NCBI GenBank assembly: GCA_965217585.1
Contig: OZ244561.1
Span: 3,968,001 to 4,032,000 of the forward strand
Source of the DNA: Candidatus Latescibacterota bacterium
GTDB lineage: Bacteria; Latescibacterota; UBA2968; UBA8231
Length of the DNA: 64,000 bases
Direction: 5' to 3'
Shown in pieces: positions 19,501 to 27,634 of the stretch. The notes below the pieces were generated by a model that saw only the letters and a program-made list of their open reading frames with translations, was not told the origin of the DNA and did no database searches. Both the position numbers and the translations under genes were made by a program. Each line of letters opens with the position of its first letter. Within the stretch, counting starts at the first letter, position 1.

Positions 19501-19842
19501 GAGATTGATGATGGCAGTCGTTCTGTGAATGAGTGGAAAACGGATGGTGTTTATTTTTTAAATGAGGCTGATTGCATCCAACAGGTCATCCAACATGCGT
19601 TAGGACTCTCTGATGGGGAAACCACGATGCAACTAGATCCCGAGACCGAGCGACGGCTCGACCTGCTGGTGTCCGAGACCGGGCGCAGCAAGGCTTTTTA
19701 CCGGCGTGAGCTCACTAAACGCAGCCTTGAGGACATCGAGGACTACTACCTCGCCATGGCCGTGCTAGAACGCGTCCGCCAAGGAGAGGAAAAGGTCCAT
19801 TCCTCCTCCGAGGTGAGAAAAGCACTTGGCTTGGACGATTGA
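16543..19842 (+). CDS. res: type III restriction subunit (SF2 helicase + PD-(D/E)xK nuclease) with a C-terminal RelB/CopG-like antitoxin extension
   Basis: ATGSGKT, DEGH, QMFGRGVR, YPDFIVW..FLDPKG; last ~72 aa MQLDPETERRLDLLVSETGRSKAFY...LEDIEDYYLA...VRKALGLDD. Confidence 0.88.
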   Translation: MTRLQSRLALHRFVCLEFGYDDMDAMLERLHYAQGELISEGTSDYAQSLQPYPTRALVTPDQFAEYDANIAAHSRQLRMTEEHGRTWKPHQYLALLFTEHYLQRYFDDPETLCADLNHEKASHQPTASMPDYTVEDLHTLAFQSATGSGKTLLMHAHILQYRHYLDRAGKRLNNIVLVTPNEQMSMQHEREMQESGLRARLFSSEAGSDLFTSVEIIDLNKLAEKKGVKRVAVTDFGDDNLVLVDEGHLGASGNVWRERRRELASGGFAFEYSATFNQVAGKDNDLLNAYGKCLLFDYTYRRFHADGYGEDYAILNLPGGVQDENSDMYLLGCLLTFYQQYRIYRDKGALWKAFNPAKPLWVFLGKTVTGSSKADQATRSDVIRILNFLGWVLAHGEDVRAMIQRLLAGKSGLLNSTGNDCFAGRFSHLPSGEDLYADLCETLFHGAGRLHIVYLTAGEGELHLRTADNDPFGVVNVGDSTKLYNLLTESPNPDFAVDREMGFVARLFADVDRPDSTVNIVIGARRFIAGWNSWRVSTMGLMHVGVNEGPEIIQMFGRGVRLRGYNMSLKRHRESEVELPEDSDELAELEKLYIFGLRANYMQTFRDLLEKEGMRAEQETFSFPITWNFAKKTDLKLIRLKDDRKYNLSAKRPVLPGPTDSNRIVTLDLYSRLQSVASDGSAFSEGTEQDSVSLASHATFFNTARIYERLLSRKQQKSWHNLVIEPWTVEQLLQSDNWYELYMPPDRLNATGFKQMRGLENIALDLLTEYADNFWRRQRRRWEHDEIEVVALEEDDPNNAVSYELSVDVTKGQLVKDAGELAYNIREGQCDELKEWYEHLKIGVIWSQAHAYQPLLHTRKDRIVTVQPVPLDENEKRVVEQLEELTRKGDPCLQGKELFLIRNLTRGRGVSFFDDFGYYPDFIVWLKDDVHQHVLFLDPKGLSRFGQRERKKVQLHHEIAEIEERVRENDADLYLHAYILSVTPASEIDDGSRSVNEWKTDGVYFLNEADCIQQVIQHALGLSDGETTMQLDPETERRLDLLVSETGRSKAFYRRELTKRSLEDIEDYYLAMAVLERVRQGEEKVHSSSEVRKALGLDD

Positions 19843-20083
19843 GTACACCGACACGGCCGAAAAACAGCTTGGCAAGCTCGATAGGCAGACAGCCCGACGC
19901 ATCGTCGATTATATGAATGAACGTGTTGCAGTGCTTGATGACCCACGGCACTTGGGCGAGGCACTGACCGGCCCATTGAGTGGGCTATGGCGTTATCGGG
20001 TGGGAGGTTATCGCGTGATTTGCGACATTCAGGATCGTGTCTTAGTGACGAGGGTCGGCAGTCGCGGTCAAGCGTACCGATAA
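19826..20083 (+). CDS. relE: RelE/ParE-family toxin
   Basis: MAWTIEYTDTAEKQLGKLD...GEALTGPLSGLWRYRVGGYRVICDIQD; TTG start overlapping the upstream antitoxin domain. Confidence 0.9.
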   Translation: MAWTIEYTDTAEKQLGKLDRQTARRIVDYMNERVAVLDDPRHLGEALTGPLSGLWRYRVGGYRVICDIQDRVLVTRVGSRGQAYR

Positions 20084-20228
20084 TTTGACCCCTCGCTATA
20101 GATCTCAATACTGGATTTCGAGTTTCGTCGCCAGAATCCGCCTCATATTCGGCGCTACGAGCTTGAGGGTCGCCGACTTGGAAACAAGCGCGATTACCGG
20201 CTGACCAAACTCTCACCGCATCTATTCA

Positions 20229-21029
20229 TTAATTATTTATTCCCGAAGTTCGAACGGACGCGCGAACTTGGCCCCCGTGTTCCGCCAGCCAAGAGCGGAA
20301 AAATTGCAACACGGCTGCGCCGTCTCCCTGCTGTCGTTGTTTCCGCTGAATGAGCCATAGCTCGATCTCGACGCCCCGCAGATCCGGGTTTAGCCCTCGG
20401 GCTTGGGGACTACCGTGGAAACGCTTGAAATTTGGCTGACTCTTGTAGAACGAAATCGCGTCGCTGTTTTGTAGGAGATCCGAAACGATGATGAGACGCC
20501 GCGGAACATCGCGCCGCTTGGTACTCTGAAAATGCTTTATGGCAACCGACTGCACCGATTCCATGATCGGCGACGATTTCGCCTCTTTATTGGTGAGCAG
20601 CTTTCTAAGCTCCTCTTCTAAAGGTGCGCGAAATTTCTGCTGCCAGTTACGCCGAATGATCGCTTCGGATTGAGTAAGGTGATCGACGTTTTCCGGGTCG
20701 CCGGGACTACAGACTCTGATAATCGGGTCGAGGCTCCCACCATGCGTAGGGTCCACCGCAAAAAGACTGATCTCGTGATTTTCCTCGATCTCATCGAGCA
20801 GGTTCCAGATCCTAGTCTCCAGATCGGACTTGGTAGTGGGCATGAACGAATCCGTGCGATCGAGCAGGATTGCCGTAATCGCCGAGGGACCCTCCGACCG
20901 GCAAAGGGTCTGCGGATCGCGCTCGACCGACGGCGGCTTTAGCACCACAAAAACGAGCAAGATAACGACGACCCCCACGATCATCGCACCGCCTGCTATC
21001 GTTTTATTCGATAGCTTACCTTTACTCAT
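20229..21029 (-). CDS. membrane-anchored hypothetical protein with a vWA-like fold
   Basis: N-terminal TM helix; AILLDRTDS (MIDAS-like), SPIMES, LIIVSDLLQN; TAATG coupling to the upstream gene. Confidence 0.65.
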   Translation of the reverse strand: MSKGKLSNKTIAGGAMIVGVVVILLVFVVLKPPSVERDPQTLCRSEGPSAITAILLDRTDSFMPTTKSDLETRIWNLLDEIEENHEISLFAVDPTHGGSLDPIIRVCSPGDPENVDHLTQSEAIIRRNWQQKFRAPLEEELRKLLTNKEAKSSPIMESVQSVAIKHFQSTKRRDVPRRLIIVSDLLQNSDAISFYKSQPNFKRFHGSPQARGLNPDLRGVEIELWLIQRKQRQQGDGAAVLQFFRSWLAEHGGQVRASVRTSGINN

Positions 21030-22438
21030 TAACTCTCTTCCTGATCGCCCCTCGGGCTATCTGGCTGCCTTCGATGCGGGGCCAAAGGTCTCAATTCCTC
21101 GCTGCCCATATCGTACTGATAGTGCAGCTCCTTTACGCCGTTATCAATTTTTGTCTCCGCCGCGCTGGTGATCTTCAAGATTTCCTCGCGCGTCAGCATA
21201 GCCTTCGGCAAGGTGGTGTCTATTGGCGTTTTCACTATTCGCCAAGTCTTCTTGAATCGCTCTGGCGCTTCTCCGTCTCGCATCGCCCGGTTGGTATCCC
21301 GGTAGAGCTTGAGCAAGTGATTTCCCGCGTGCTCTAAGTGGTCTAGATGGTCGTCGAACGTTTTGATGAGGCGTCGATGGTCGTCGATGATAGAATCGTG
21401 TTGTCGTCCAGCGAGCAAAATGTTTTGCTTGATGTCCTCCAACGCTTGCACCGCCTCATCCGACGTTTTCTTTAATCCCTTTAGGCAGACCTGATAGAGC
21501 GCGTTGTATACTTCGTCGGCCTCCGCGAATACGCGGGCACACTCCGCGTAACCCGGATAGCGATCATCCCACAGGATTCCATCGATAAAGCTAATAATCG
21601 CAAAGAGGAATCCCATGAAGAACAGGATCCACGATTGGAAGTCCCCTAGACCCAATGGATTGTCGCCGAAAGCGGCGATGGCGAGTTTCCCCCCTTCGTC
21701 GAGCACCGTACCCGTTGTTTCCCGATAGTGCGCCACCATCAAGTTGAAAAACAACGCAAAGGCCATAAACACCACGGCACCGGTGATGCCCACGGACTTT
21801 CTGCTCCAGTGGATGTGGTTGAAATTGGTGACGAGGATGCCGAGCAAAAAGGCAATACCGAGATTGACAAACGAGATGACAACTGCCTCTGTGTACGCGC
21901 CGAACAGCCCAAACTCGTTGCCCTTTGCCAAAAAGGAGGCGTTGCCAAAGGTCTCAATGAGAAAGAGCACGGCGATGATGCCTATGTTAAATATCTTATC
22001 GTCCCAGCTACGGGGCTGTGGCTCGCGGCTAAGGCTATTTTGTTCCTTAAACTGCTGCAAGTCTTCTTTTTTTCGGCGCAGATCCTGTTGCTCTCTGCTC
22101 AACTCTACTATGGCCTTATCGACATTCTGATCGAACTCCGCTCGTTGCTTGGCCGTTTCAATCTCAATGGAACTTAGTTGCTCCCGGAAATCTAGCTCGA
22201 CGAGGCGCGCTCTGTATGCTTTTAGCTCGCTCTCGCATATATTCTGTGCCTGTGCTTGAGCGCTCTCAATTAGCCCGATAACCTTGCGTTCTGTGGGGTC
22301 GAGGTCGTCTTCCGCACTATCTAATGCGGGTCGCCCCCGCCTCGCGTTCCGTTGGCTATCTTCTACTATATGCAGATTTTCCGCGACCTTATTGGTGTCG
22401 ATCTTCTCAAACGGGTTGGTGTGAAGATCGTCTGTCAT
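21029..22438 (-). CDS. hypothetical protein with ~4 TM helices between coiled-coil regions
   Basis: 469 aa; four hydrophobic segments flanked by charged helical stretches; GAGGAG RBS. Confidence 0.75.
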   Translation of the reverse strand: MTDDLHTNPFEKIDTNKVAENLHIVEDSQRNARRGRPALDSAEDDLDPTERKVIGLIESAQAQAQNICESELKAYRARLVELDFREQLSSIEIETAKQRAEFDQNVDKAIVELSREQQDLRRKKEDLQQFKEQNSLSREPQPRSWDDKIFNIGIIAVLFLIETFGNASFLAKGNEFGLFGAYTEAVVISFVNLGIAFLLGILVTNFNHIHWSRKSVGITGAVVFMAFALFFNLMVAHYRETTGTVLDEGGKLAIAAFGDNPLGLGDFQSWILFFMGFLFAIISFIDGILWDDRYPGYAECARVFAEADEVYNALYQVCLKGLKKTSDEAVQALEDIKQNILLAGRQHDSIIDDHRRLIKTFDDHLDHLEHAGNHLLKLYRDTNRAMRDGEAPERFKKTWRIVKTPIDTTLPKAMLTREEILKITSAAETKIDNGVKELHYQYDMGSEELRPLAPHRRQPDSPRGDQEES

Positions 22439-22563
22439 CGCGCACTCCTCCTCATTTACGGCGTCTTTGGGGCTGAAATTAAAAAACGGCAGGGGATTGA
22501 GGGGATTATATCAAAGATATGCATAACTGTGATTTTCGCCCCCTTATTCTTTGTTTTTATGCC

Positions 22564-23697
22564 TCAAATTACCACCCTAAACCCCTCTCGATCTTCCATT
22601 CCTTGCGCGAAGATGCGCGGATCGATGTCGAGGCCCGCGCCGGGCGTGTCGGGCACGTGGAGGATGGAGTCGGCGAGCTGCCAGCCATCGGTGATTAGCC
22701 CAGGCATGGCAGCCGGTGCGGCTTCGAGCAGGCAGAAGTTCGGGATGGAAGCGGCGAAATGGGCGTGGTGAAAGCGCTCGACGTAAGACCCCCAGCAATG
22801 GGGAGCGCAGAGCGCATTCCACTGCTCTAGACGCGCCGCAGTGCTCCGCCACCACGTCAGGCCCATGGCGCGAAAATCGTGCTGCACCACGTCGATAAAT
22901 CCCTGTTCTACCAAGTCAAAAAAGTACGGCGGCGGCGAAAATTCCCCGTCGGCAACAAGCGTGTCCCAGTCATTTTCGACGATGTGCTCCTTAAGCGCTT
23001 GGTTGAGCGGGGCGTCCTCGGCAAAAGGCTCCTCAAACCAATAGATGCCCACGTCCGCGCAGGCGTCCAACAGAGCTATGGCCGTGTTGAGCGTATTGCC
23101 CATGTTGGCGTCGATGAGCACCTTGGCCTGCGGGCCAGCGGCTTCGCGCACCGTGCGGATGACTAACTCGTCGCGCTTGAGACCCACGTCCGTGGGCATC
23201 CAGCGCGCGCCGCGGCCGACCTTGATCTTGAAGTGCAAATAGCCGTGCTCGTGGCCGGTGGCGACTTCGCCGCGGAAGATGTCTTTGACCTGTTCCTCAT
23301 CGGTGGCTTCCAAATCGTCGATATAGACCGAGCCGTCGTACACTTCGACCTCGCGTTTGCCGCGGGCACCGAGCAGGCGGTACAGCGGCAAATCCATCAT
23401 CCGCGCCACCAAATCCCACAGCGGCAGGTCGAGGTTGCGGCCCGCGGGCAGGCAGCCGTCGGGGAGTTGGAAGAGATCGCCGATCTCCTTGCCGAGCAGC
23501 GCGCGCGCTTCGGCCTCGCCAATGCGAGACCACCCCAAGCCCCACGCCCCGCCGTCCGTGCGCACCCTGACGACCGGGTCCGTGATCTGCGTGCCGTGGG
23601 CGGGAATGCGGGCATTGAAGCCGATGTAGCGCGGCCGGGTACCGCGCAGAACGCATTTTTCAATACAAGTAATCTTCCCTTTGGGGACTTCGTGCAT
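22564..23697 (-). CDS. mandelate racemase/muconate lactonizing enzyme family protein
   Basis: FKIKVG, LIDAN, WFEEP, ADGE; AAGGAG RBS supports the MHEVPK start at 23697. Confidence 0.88.
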   Translation of the reverse strand: MHEVPKGKITCIEKCVLRGTRPRYIGFNARIPAHGTQITDPVVRVRTDGGAWGLGWSRIGEAEARALLGKEIGDLFQLPDGCLPAGRNLDLPLWDLVARMMDLPLYRLLGARGKREVEVYDGSVYIDDLEATDEEQVKDIFRGEVATGHEHGYLHFKIKVGRGARWMPTDVGLKRDELVIRTVREAAGPQAKVLIDANMGNTLNTAIALLDACADVGIYWFEEPFAEDAPLNQALKEHIVENDWDTLVADGEFSPPPYFFDLVEQGFIDVVQHDFRAMGLTWWRSTAARLEQWNALCAPHCWGSYVERFHHAHFAASIPNFCLLEAAPAAMPGLITDGWQLADSILHVPDTPGAGLDIDPRIFAQGMEDREGFRVVI

Positions 23698-23711
23698 GGC
23701 CAAGCTCCTTA

Positions 23712-24812
23712 TCAGGGCGAGGGCAAGATGCCATCGCCGTTCCACAAACGGGTCTGCGGCCAGTAAGCCGACCATCCAAACCACATCGAATTATAGGCTG
23801 GGATTTGCTCTAACTGCGCGCCCTTGAGCGGCCCGGAAAGAGCCTCGCCGAGCATGTTCCACTCGCTGCCGGTCTCCACGTCGGCAAAGGCCAAAGGCAG
23901 GTCGCCGGCGCGGCTGAGTATGCGAAAGGTCAAAAGCTGATCGCCGACAACCCGGCTGTAGGGAATGGCGGTGGAAGTCTCTCTGTCGTAGAGCACGAGC
24001 ACGGCGCGGTCGCCAACGCGATCGTTGATGACGGCCTTATTGGGCATCCTGCTGAAAGGATAGGCCCTGCTCTCGCCAGCGGCTCGCAACCCCAAGATCA
24101 TTTCCTTGGCCGACAAGCGGTCGCTGGGCCGAGCGGTAGTAAGCGGAAAAATAATCATCCGTTGGTTGCTGCGATAGTTGCCATAAGGGTAGTGGCCGTA
24201 CACATCTAGTGGATATAGTGCGCGGATATAGTCCGGGTAGCGGTCTAGACCGGTCGCCGCTTGGGCGACCGTGGTATGCGGATACAGCGTGCGCCACAGG
24301 CCCCAAGTCGTCTCGACCACGGGCAAGAGCTGGAGGCGCCGCCCTCTGTACTCGCCACTAATACCAACGTAGATCATCTGCGGGTACAGGGTTTTCTCGT
24401 CGCGGCGGTCGTACAGCACCAAGTTGCTGTTGAGCACCATGCCGGAGACGCCGAATTCGATTTGTGCTGAGTCTGGGGCCGTCGCGTCAAAAACTAGCCC
24501 GGTGCTGGTCAGCGGGCAGAACGTAACGCAGATGTACTGGCCGCCGAGCTGGTCGTTGATGACTTCGTGCTTCCAGCCGAGGCGATGCGGATAGGCCCGC
24601 GCGGTGCCGTTTGCGACCACGCCGAGGACTAGGTCTGTATCCGCCAGATAATGCGCGTCTGCCGGTGCAACGCTCTGGGGGTTAGTCATGGCCGGGATGC
24701 CGTCGCGGGGCACTCCGCCCGAGCGCAGGTGGTGGGGCAGCTCGCCGAGGAGGTTGTAGATGTCGGCGTGGAGAGGAACGGCAATGAAGAGGGCAAGCAG
24801 GATGCGGGCCAT
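23712..24812 (-). CDS. secreted DUF3179-like protein
   Basis: signal-like N-terminus; GGVPRDGIPA, ARAYP, HEVIND, TFCPLT, FGVSG..NSNLVLYDR. Confidence 0.8.
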   Translation of the reverse strand: MARILLALFIAVPLHADIYNLLGELPHHLRSGGVPRDGIPAMTNPQSVAPADAHYLADTDLVLGVVANGTARAYPHRLGWKHEVINDQLGGQYICVTFCPLTSTGLVFDATAPDSAQIEFGVSGMVLNSNLVLYDRRDEKTLYPQMIYVGISGEYRGRRLQLLPVVETTWGLWRTLYPHTTVAQAATGLDRYPDYIRALYPLDVYGHYPYGNYRSNQRMIIFPLTTARPSDRLSAKEMILGLRAAGESRAYPFSRMPNKAVINDRVGDRAVLVLYDRETSTAIPYSRVVGDQLLTFRILSRAGDLPLAFADVETGSEWNMLGEALSGPLKGAQLEQIPAYNSMWFGWSAYWPQTRLWNGDGILPSP

Positions 24813-24847
24813 GGCGTCGGACACTGGGAAAGCGATGCGGAGGCTCA

Positions 24848-24875
24848 ATTATACAAGGGAACCATTGGATGTCAA
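24848..24875 (-). promoter_or_regulatory. consensus sigma70 promoter
   Basis: TTGACA-N16-TATAAT upstream of the DUF3179-like gene. Confidence 0.7.
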
Positions 24876-24957
24876 ACGGCTCCCCGGATCGCTAGCTTGC
24901 GGATGGCTGTGGACCGCAAGAAGTTACGTTATCCCCTAGCAGGAAGGAGCCTGCGAC

Positions 24958-25335
24958 GTGAACGCCCGCCAGACGGTCGAGGCCTACTTCGCCGCGTTGA
25001 CAACAGGCGATGCCCACCGGCTCATCGACCTCATCTCCCCAGCCGATCACTTTGTCAAGATCGGCACTGAACCGGGGGAATACATCGAGGGCGGTGGGCG
25101 CGCTGCCCAGTACTACTACCACCACGTCGCCAGTACCCGGGATTTCACCATTGATACAGAGCATCTCGACGTGCAAGAGCGCGATTCGGTGGCTTGGTTT
25201 TACACCCGACAGCAGTGGCGGCTCAAATGGCAAGGCCAGTACGAGGAACTAGCCCTGCGTTTGACGGGCGTATTGGAGCGAGAAGCGGGCGAATGGAAGT
25301 TCGCGCAGATCCACGCTTCCATAGGGGTGGCCTAG
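24958..25335 (+). CDS. NTF2/SnoaL-like protein
   Basis: RLTGVLERE.GEWKFAQIHAS C-terminus; AAGGAG RBS. Confidence 0.8.
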   Translation: MNARQTVEAYFAALTTGDAHRLIDLISPADHFVKIGTEPGEYIEGGGRAAQYYYHHVASTRDFTIDTEHLDVQERDSVAWFYTRQQWRLKWQGQYEELALRLTGVLEREAGEWKFAQIHASIGVA

Positions 25336-25446
25336 CGCGAGGAACTTGTGCCGCGTCTATGTGGTGGAAAAACGCTCCATTACTTGTTAGGCTCTTTTTG
25401 CGCGGCCTCTATTGGATTATTGGCTTGGCTCAACCGGATACATCTC

Positions 25447-25689
25447 ATGCGCAACGCCATCCTCGCGAGTGCCCTACTGCTCGCCACGCCCCTCGCTGGC
25501 GACCAACTTCGCATCGCCACCTCGAACGACTGGCGCCAATGGCAACTGCCCGGCGACGCCCTCATCTACAACAAAAACGGCAAGCAAGTCACCCAGAAGC
25601 AATACAATAAGCTGATCCCCAGATGGACAAGCTCCTCTTTTTTGTTCCTCCCAACCGCCCTCCGCTTCTCAGGCTTGGTGAGGGGATGA
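25447..25689 (+). pseudogene. remnant of a secreted protein
   Basis: signal peptide MRNAILASALLLATPLAG then DQLRIATSNDWRQWQLP, abruptly joined to YNKNGKQVTQKQYNKL and a non-coding-like tail. Confidence 0.4.
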
Positions 25690-25699
25690 GGGGGCGATA

Positions 25700-26986
25700 G
25701 TGCGGCCTCTGTCCGAGTCCTTCGGATTTCTCCGTGGCAATGTCCTCGTGCTCACCGTGTCGGGAAGTCTGGGCATGTTCTGCCGGGCCATGGTATTCCC
25801 GTACGTCCCCCTCTACATCCTGGCCCTCGGCGGCGAGCCGGAGCAGATCGGGATCGTTTACGCCTTGGGACCGCTCGGCGGGCTGATCGCGTTTCCGATC
25901 GCCGGCTATCTCGCCGACCACATGAACCGGGCTTGGTTGATCGCGGCGGCTGGCTACTTCTCAGCTATAGCCGTGCTGGTGAACGCCGTAGCGCCGAGTT
26001 GGGAATGGGTGGCCGCGGCAATGCTGATGCGGGGCTTTGCCGTGTTCCACTTCCCGGCCTCATCGGCGCTCGTCGCCGACTCCCTGTCCGCTAGAAACCG
26101 GGGTCGCGGAATGGCGACGATGGCCGGCCTGACCGGGGGCTTGGCGCTGTTCGCTCCGTTTGTCGCCGGCCTAGCCATCGACGCCTGGGGAGTGGACGCG
26201 GGGATGCGGATCCTCTACGTGGTGATGGGCTCGGCCTACGCCGCGGGAGCTACGATCAACCTGATCTTCATCCGCGAGACCCGGAAGCCACCAGCGGAAG
26301 CGGTGAGTGCCGCCAACCTCGGACAGACGCTACACCGTTCCTACACTGGTATCCCGGCGCTGCTGCGGGGTTTCCCGCGCTCGCTGCGGGCCGTGTCCGT
26401 GGTGATCATTCTGTGTTTCATCGCCAACGGTGTGGCCGGCCCCTTTTGGGTGGTGTACGCGAAGACCCACCTTGGGCTAACGGCTTCGCAGTGGGGGCTG
26501 ATCTTGCTGGTAGAGTTCGGTTTGCGGAATCTGACGACGGTTCCCGCGGGGTTCCTCACCGACCGCTTTGGACGCACGCGGTTTCTCATCGCCGCTTTGC
26601 TGCTCTCCGCCGCGACTCCACTGTATCTGCTGGCTGGCTCCTTTGGGTTCGTGCTGGCGATCCGCTGTGTCATCGCCGTGGCCGCGGCCTTTTTCAGCCC
26701 CGCTATGGGTGCCCTGCTCGCCGACACCGTGCCCAGCGCAATCCGCGGCCGCGTGATGGCCGCCATTGGCCGAGGATCCGTGTCGATCGGCAGTGCCTCT
26801 GGAGGAACGGGCGGCCCTGGGACCGGATTTTTGACCACCCTGCCGCTGATGGCGGCGGCGCTCTGCGGCGGATTCCTCTACGCTTGGAGCCCGGCGACTC
26901 CGTTTCTGCTCGTCTTTGGACTGACCGTCGTCGCCTTACTGGTGTCGATCGCCTTCGTGCGGGATCCAAAAACGGCGCAGGAATAG
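25700..26986 (+). CDS. MFS transporter
   Basis: ~12 TM segments; AGYLADHMNR and GFLTDRFGR loop motifs. Confidence 0.9.
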   Translation: MRPLSESFGFLRGNVLVLTVSGSLGMFCRAMVFPYVPLYILALGGEPEQIGIVYALGPLGGLIAFPIAGYLADHMNRAWLIAAAGYFSAIAVLVNAVAPSWEWVAAAMLMRGFAVFHFPASSALVADSLSARNRGRGMATMAGLTGGLALFAPFVAGLAIDAWGVDAGMRILYVVMGSAYAAGATINLIFIRETRKPPAEAVSAANLGQTLHRSYTGIPALLRGFPRSLRAVSVVIILCFIANGVAGPFWVVYAKTHLGLTASQWGLILLVEFGLRNLTTVPAGFLTDRFGRTRFLIAALLLSAATPLYLLAGSFGFVLAIRCVIAVAAAFFSPAMGALLADTVPSAIRGRVMAAIGRGSVSIGSASGGTGGPGTGFLTTLPLMAAALCGGFLYAWSPATPFLLVFGLTVVALLVSIAFVRDPKTAQE

Positions 26987-27000
26987 CTGCCAAGTCGCGG

Positions 27001-27029
27001 TTGACCCCTTGCAGCAGCGGGCATATTAT
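27001..27029 (+). promoter_or_regulatory. sigma70-type promoter for the dCMP deaminase operon
   Basis: TTGACC-N17-TATTAT. Confidence 0.6.
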
Positions 27030-27112
27030 TCCCCGACCAACCCATATTCCGCCCGATCCGCACAAAACAGCTAGCAGGCGACTGAGCAATTATGTCGAGG
27101 AAGGGAAGCACT

Positions 27113-27634
27113 ATGTTCGAGCGGCCCGATTGGGACGAGTACTACATGCGGATCGCCATGGCCGTCCGGGCGCGCGCCAACTGCACGGGCAACCGCATTG
27201 GAGCCATCTTGGTGCAGAACGACCGGATCATTTCGACCGGCTACAACGGCACCCCGCACAACATGGTCAACTGCCTCGACGGGGGGTGCGACCGCTGCGA
27301 CCGCCGCGACCAGTACACTTCGGGCAAGGACTACGATTTGTGCATCTGCGTCCACGCCGAGCAAAACGCGCTTTTGTCGGCGGCCCGCTTTGGGATCGCC
27401 ACCGAAGGAGCGGTGCTGTATTCGACGATGCGGCCTTGTTTTGGCTGTGCCAAAGAAATCCTCCAAGCCAAGATACACGCGGTGTATTATTTGCACGATT
27501 GGATCTATCCCGACGCCGAGCGACAGGCCAGCTACGAGGAGCTGTTGTCCTTTGTACCCGGAGGCGTGCGGGCCGTGGCCATGGACGACTCACACGCGGC
27601 TTGGGCCGTTTCCTCCTTGCGCCAAGATGAGTGA
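27113..27634 (+). CDS. dCMP deaminase family protein (ComEB-like)
   Basis: RPDWDEYYM, STGYNGTP, HAEQNA, PCFGCAK. Confidence 0.92.
   Translation: MFERPDWDEYYMRIAMAVRARANCTGNRIGAILVQNDRIISTGYNGTPHNMVNCLDGGCDRCDRRDQYTSGKDYDLCICVHAEQNALLSAARFGIATEGAVLYSTMRPCFGCAKEILQAKIHAVYYLHDWIYPDAERQASYEELLSFVPGGVRAVAMDDSHAAWAVSSLRQDE

Noticed and set aside
20229-22438. Zorya ZorA/ZorB assignment for the membrane pair
   Set aside because: The second protein shows no OmpA/MotB peptidoglycan-binding motif and no zorC/D/E genes are adjacent
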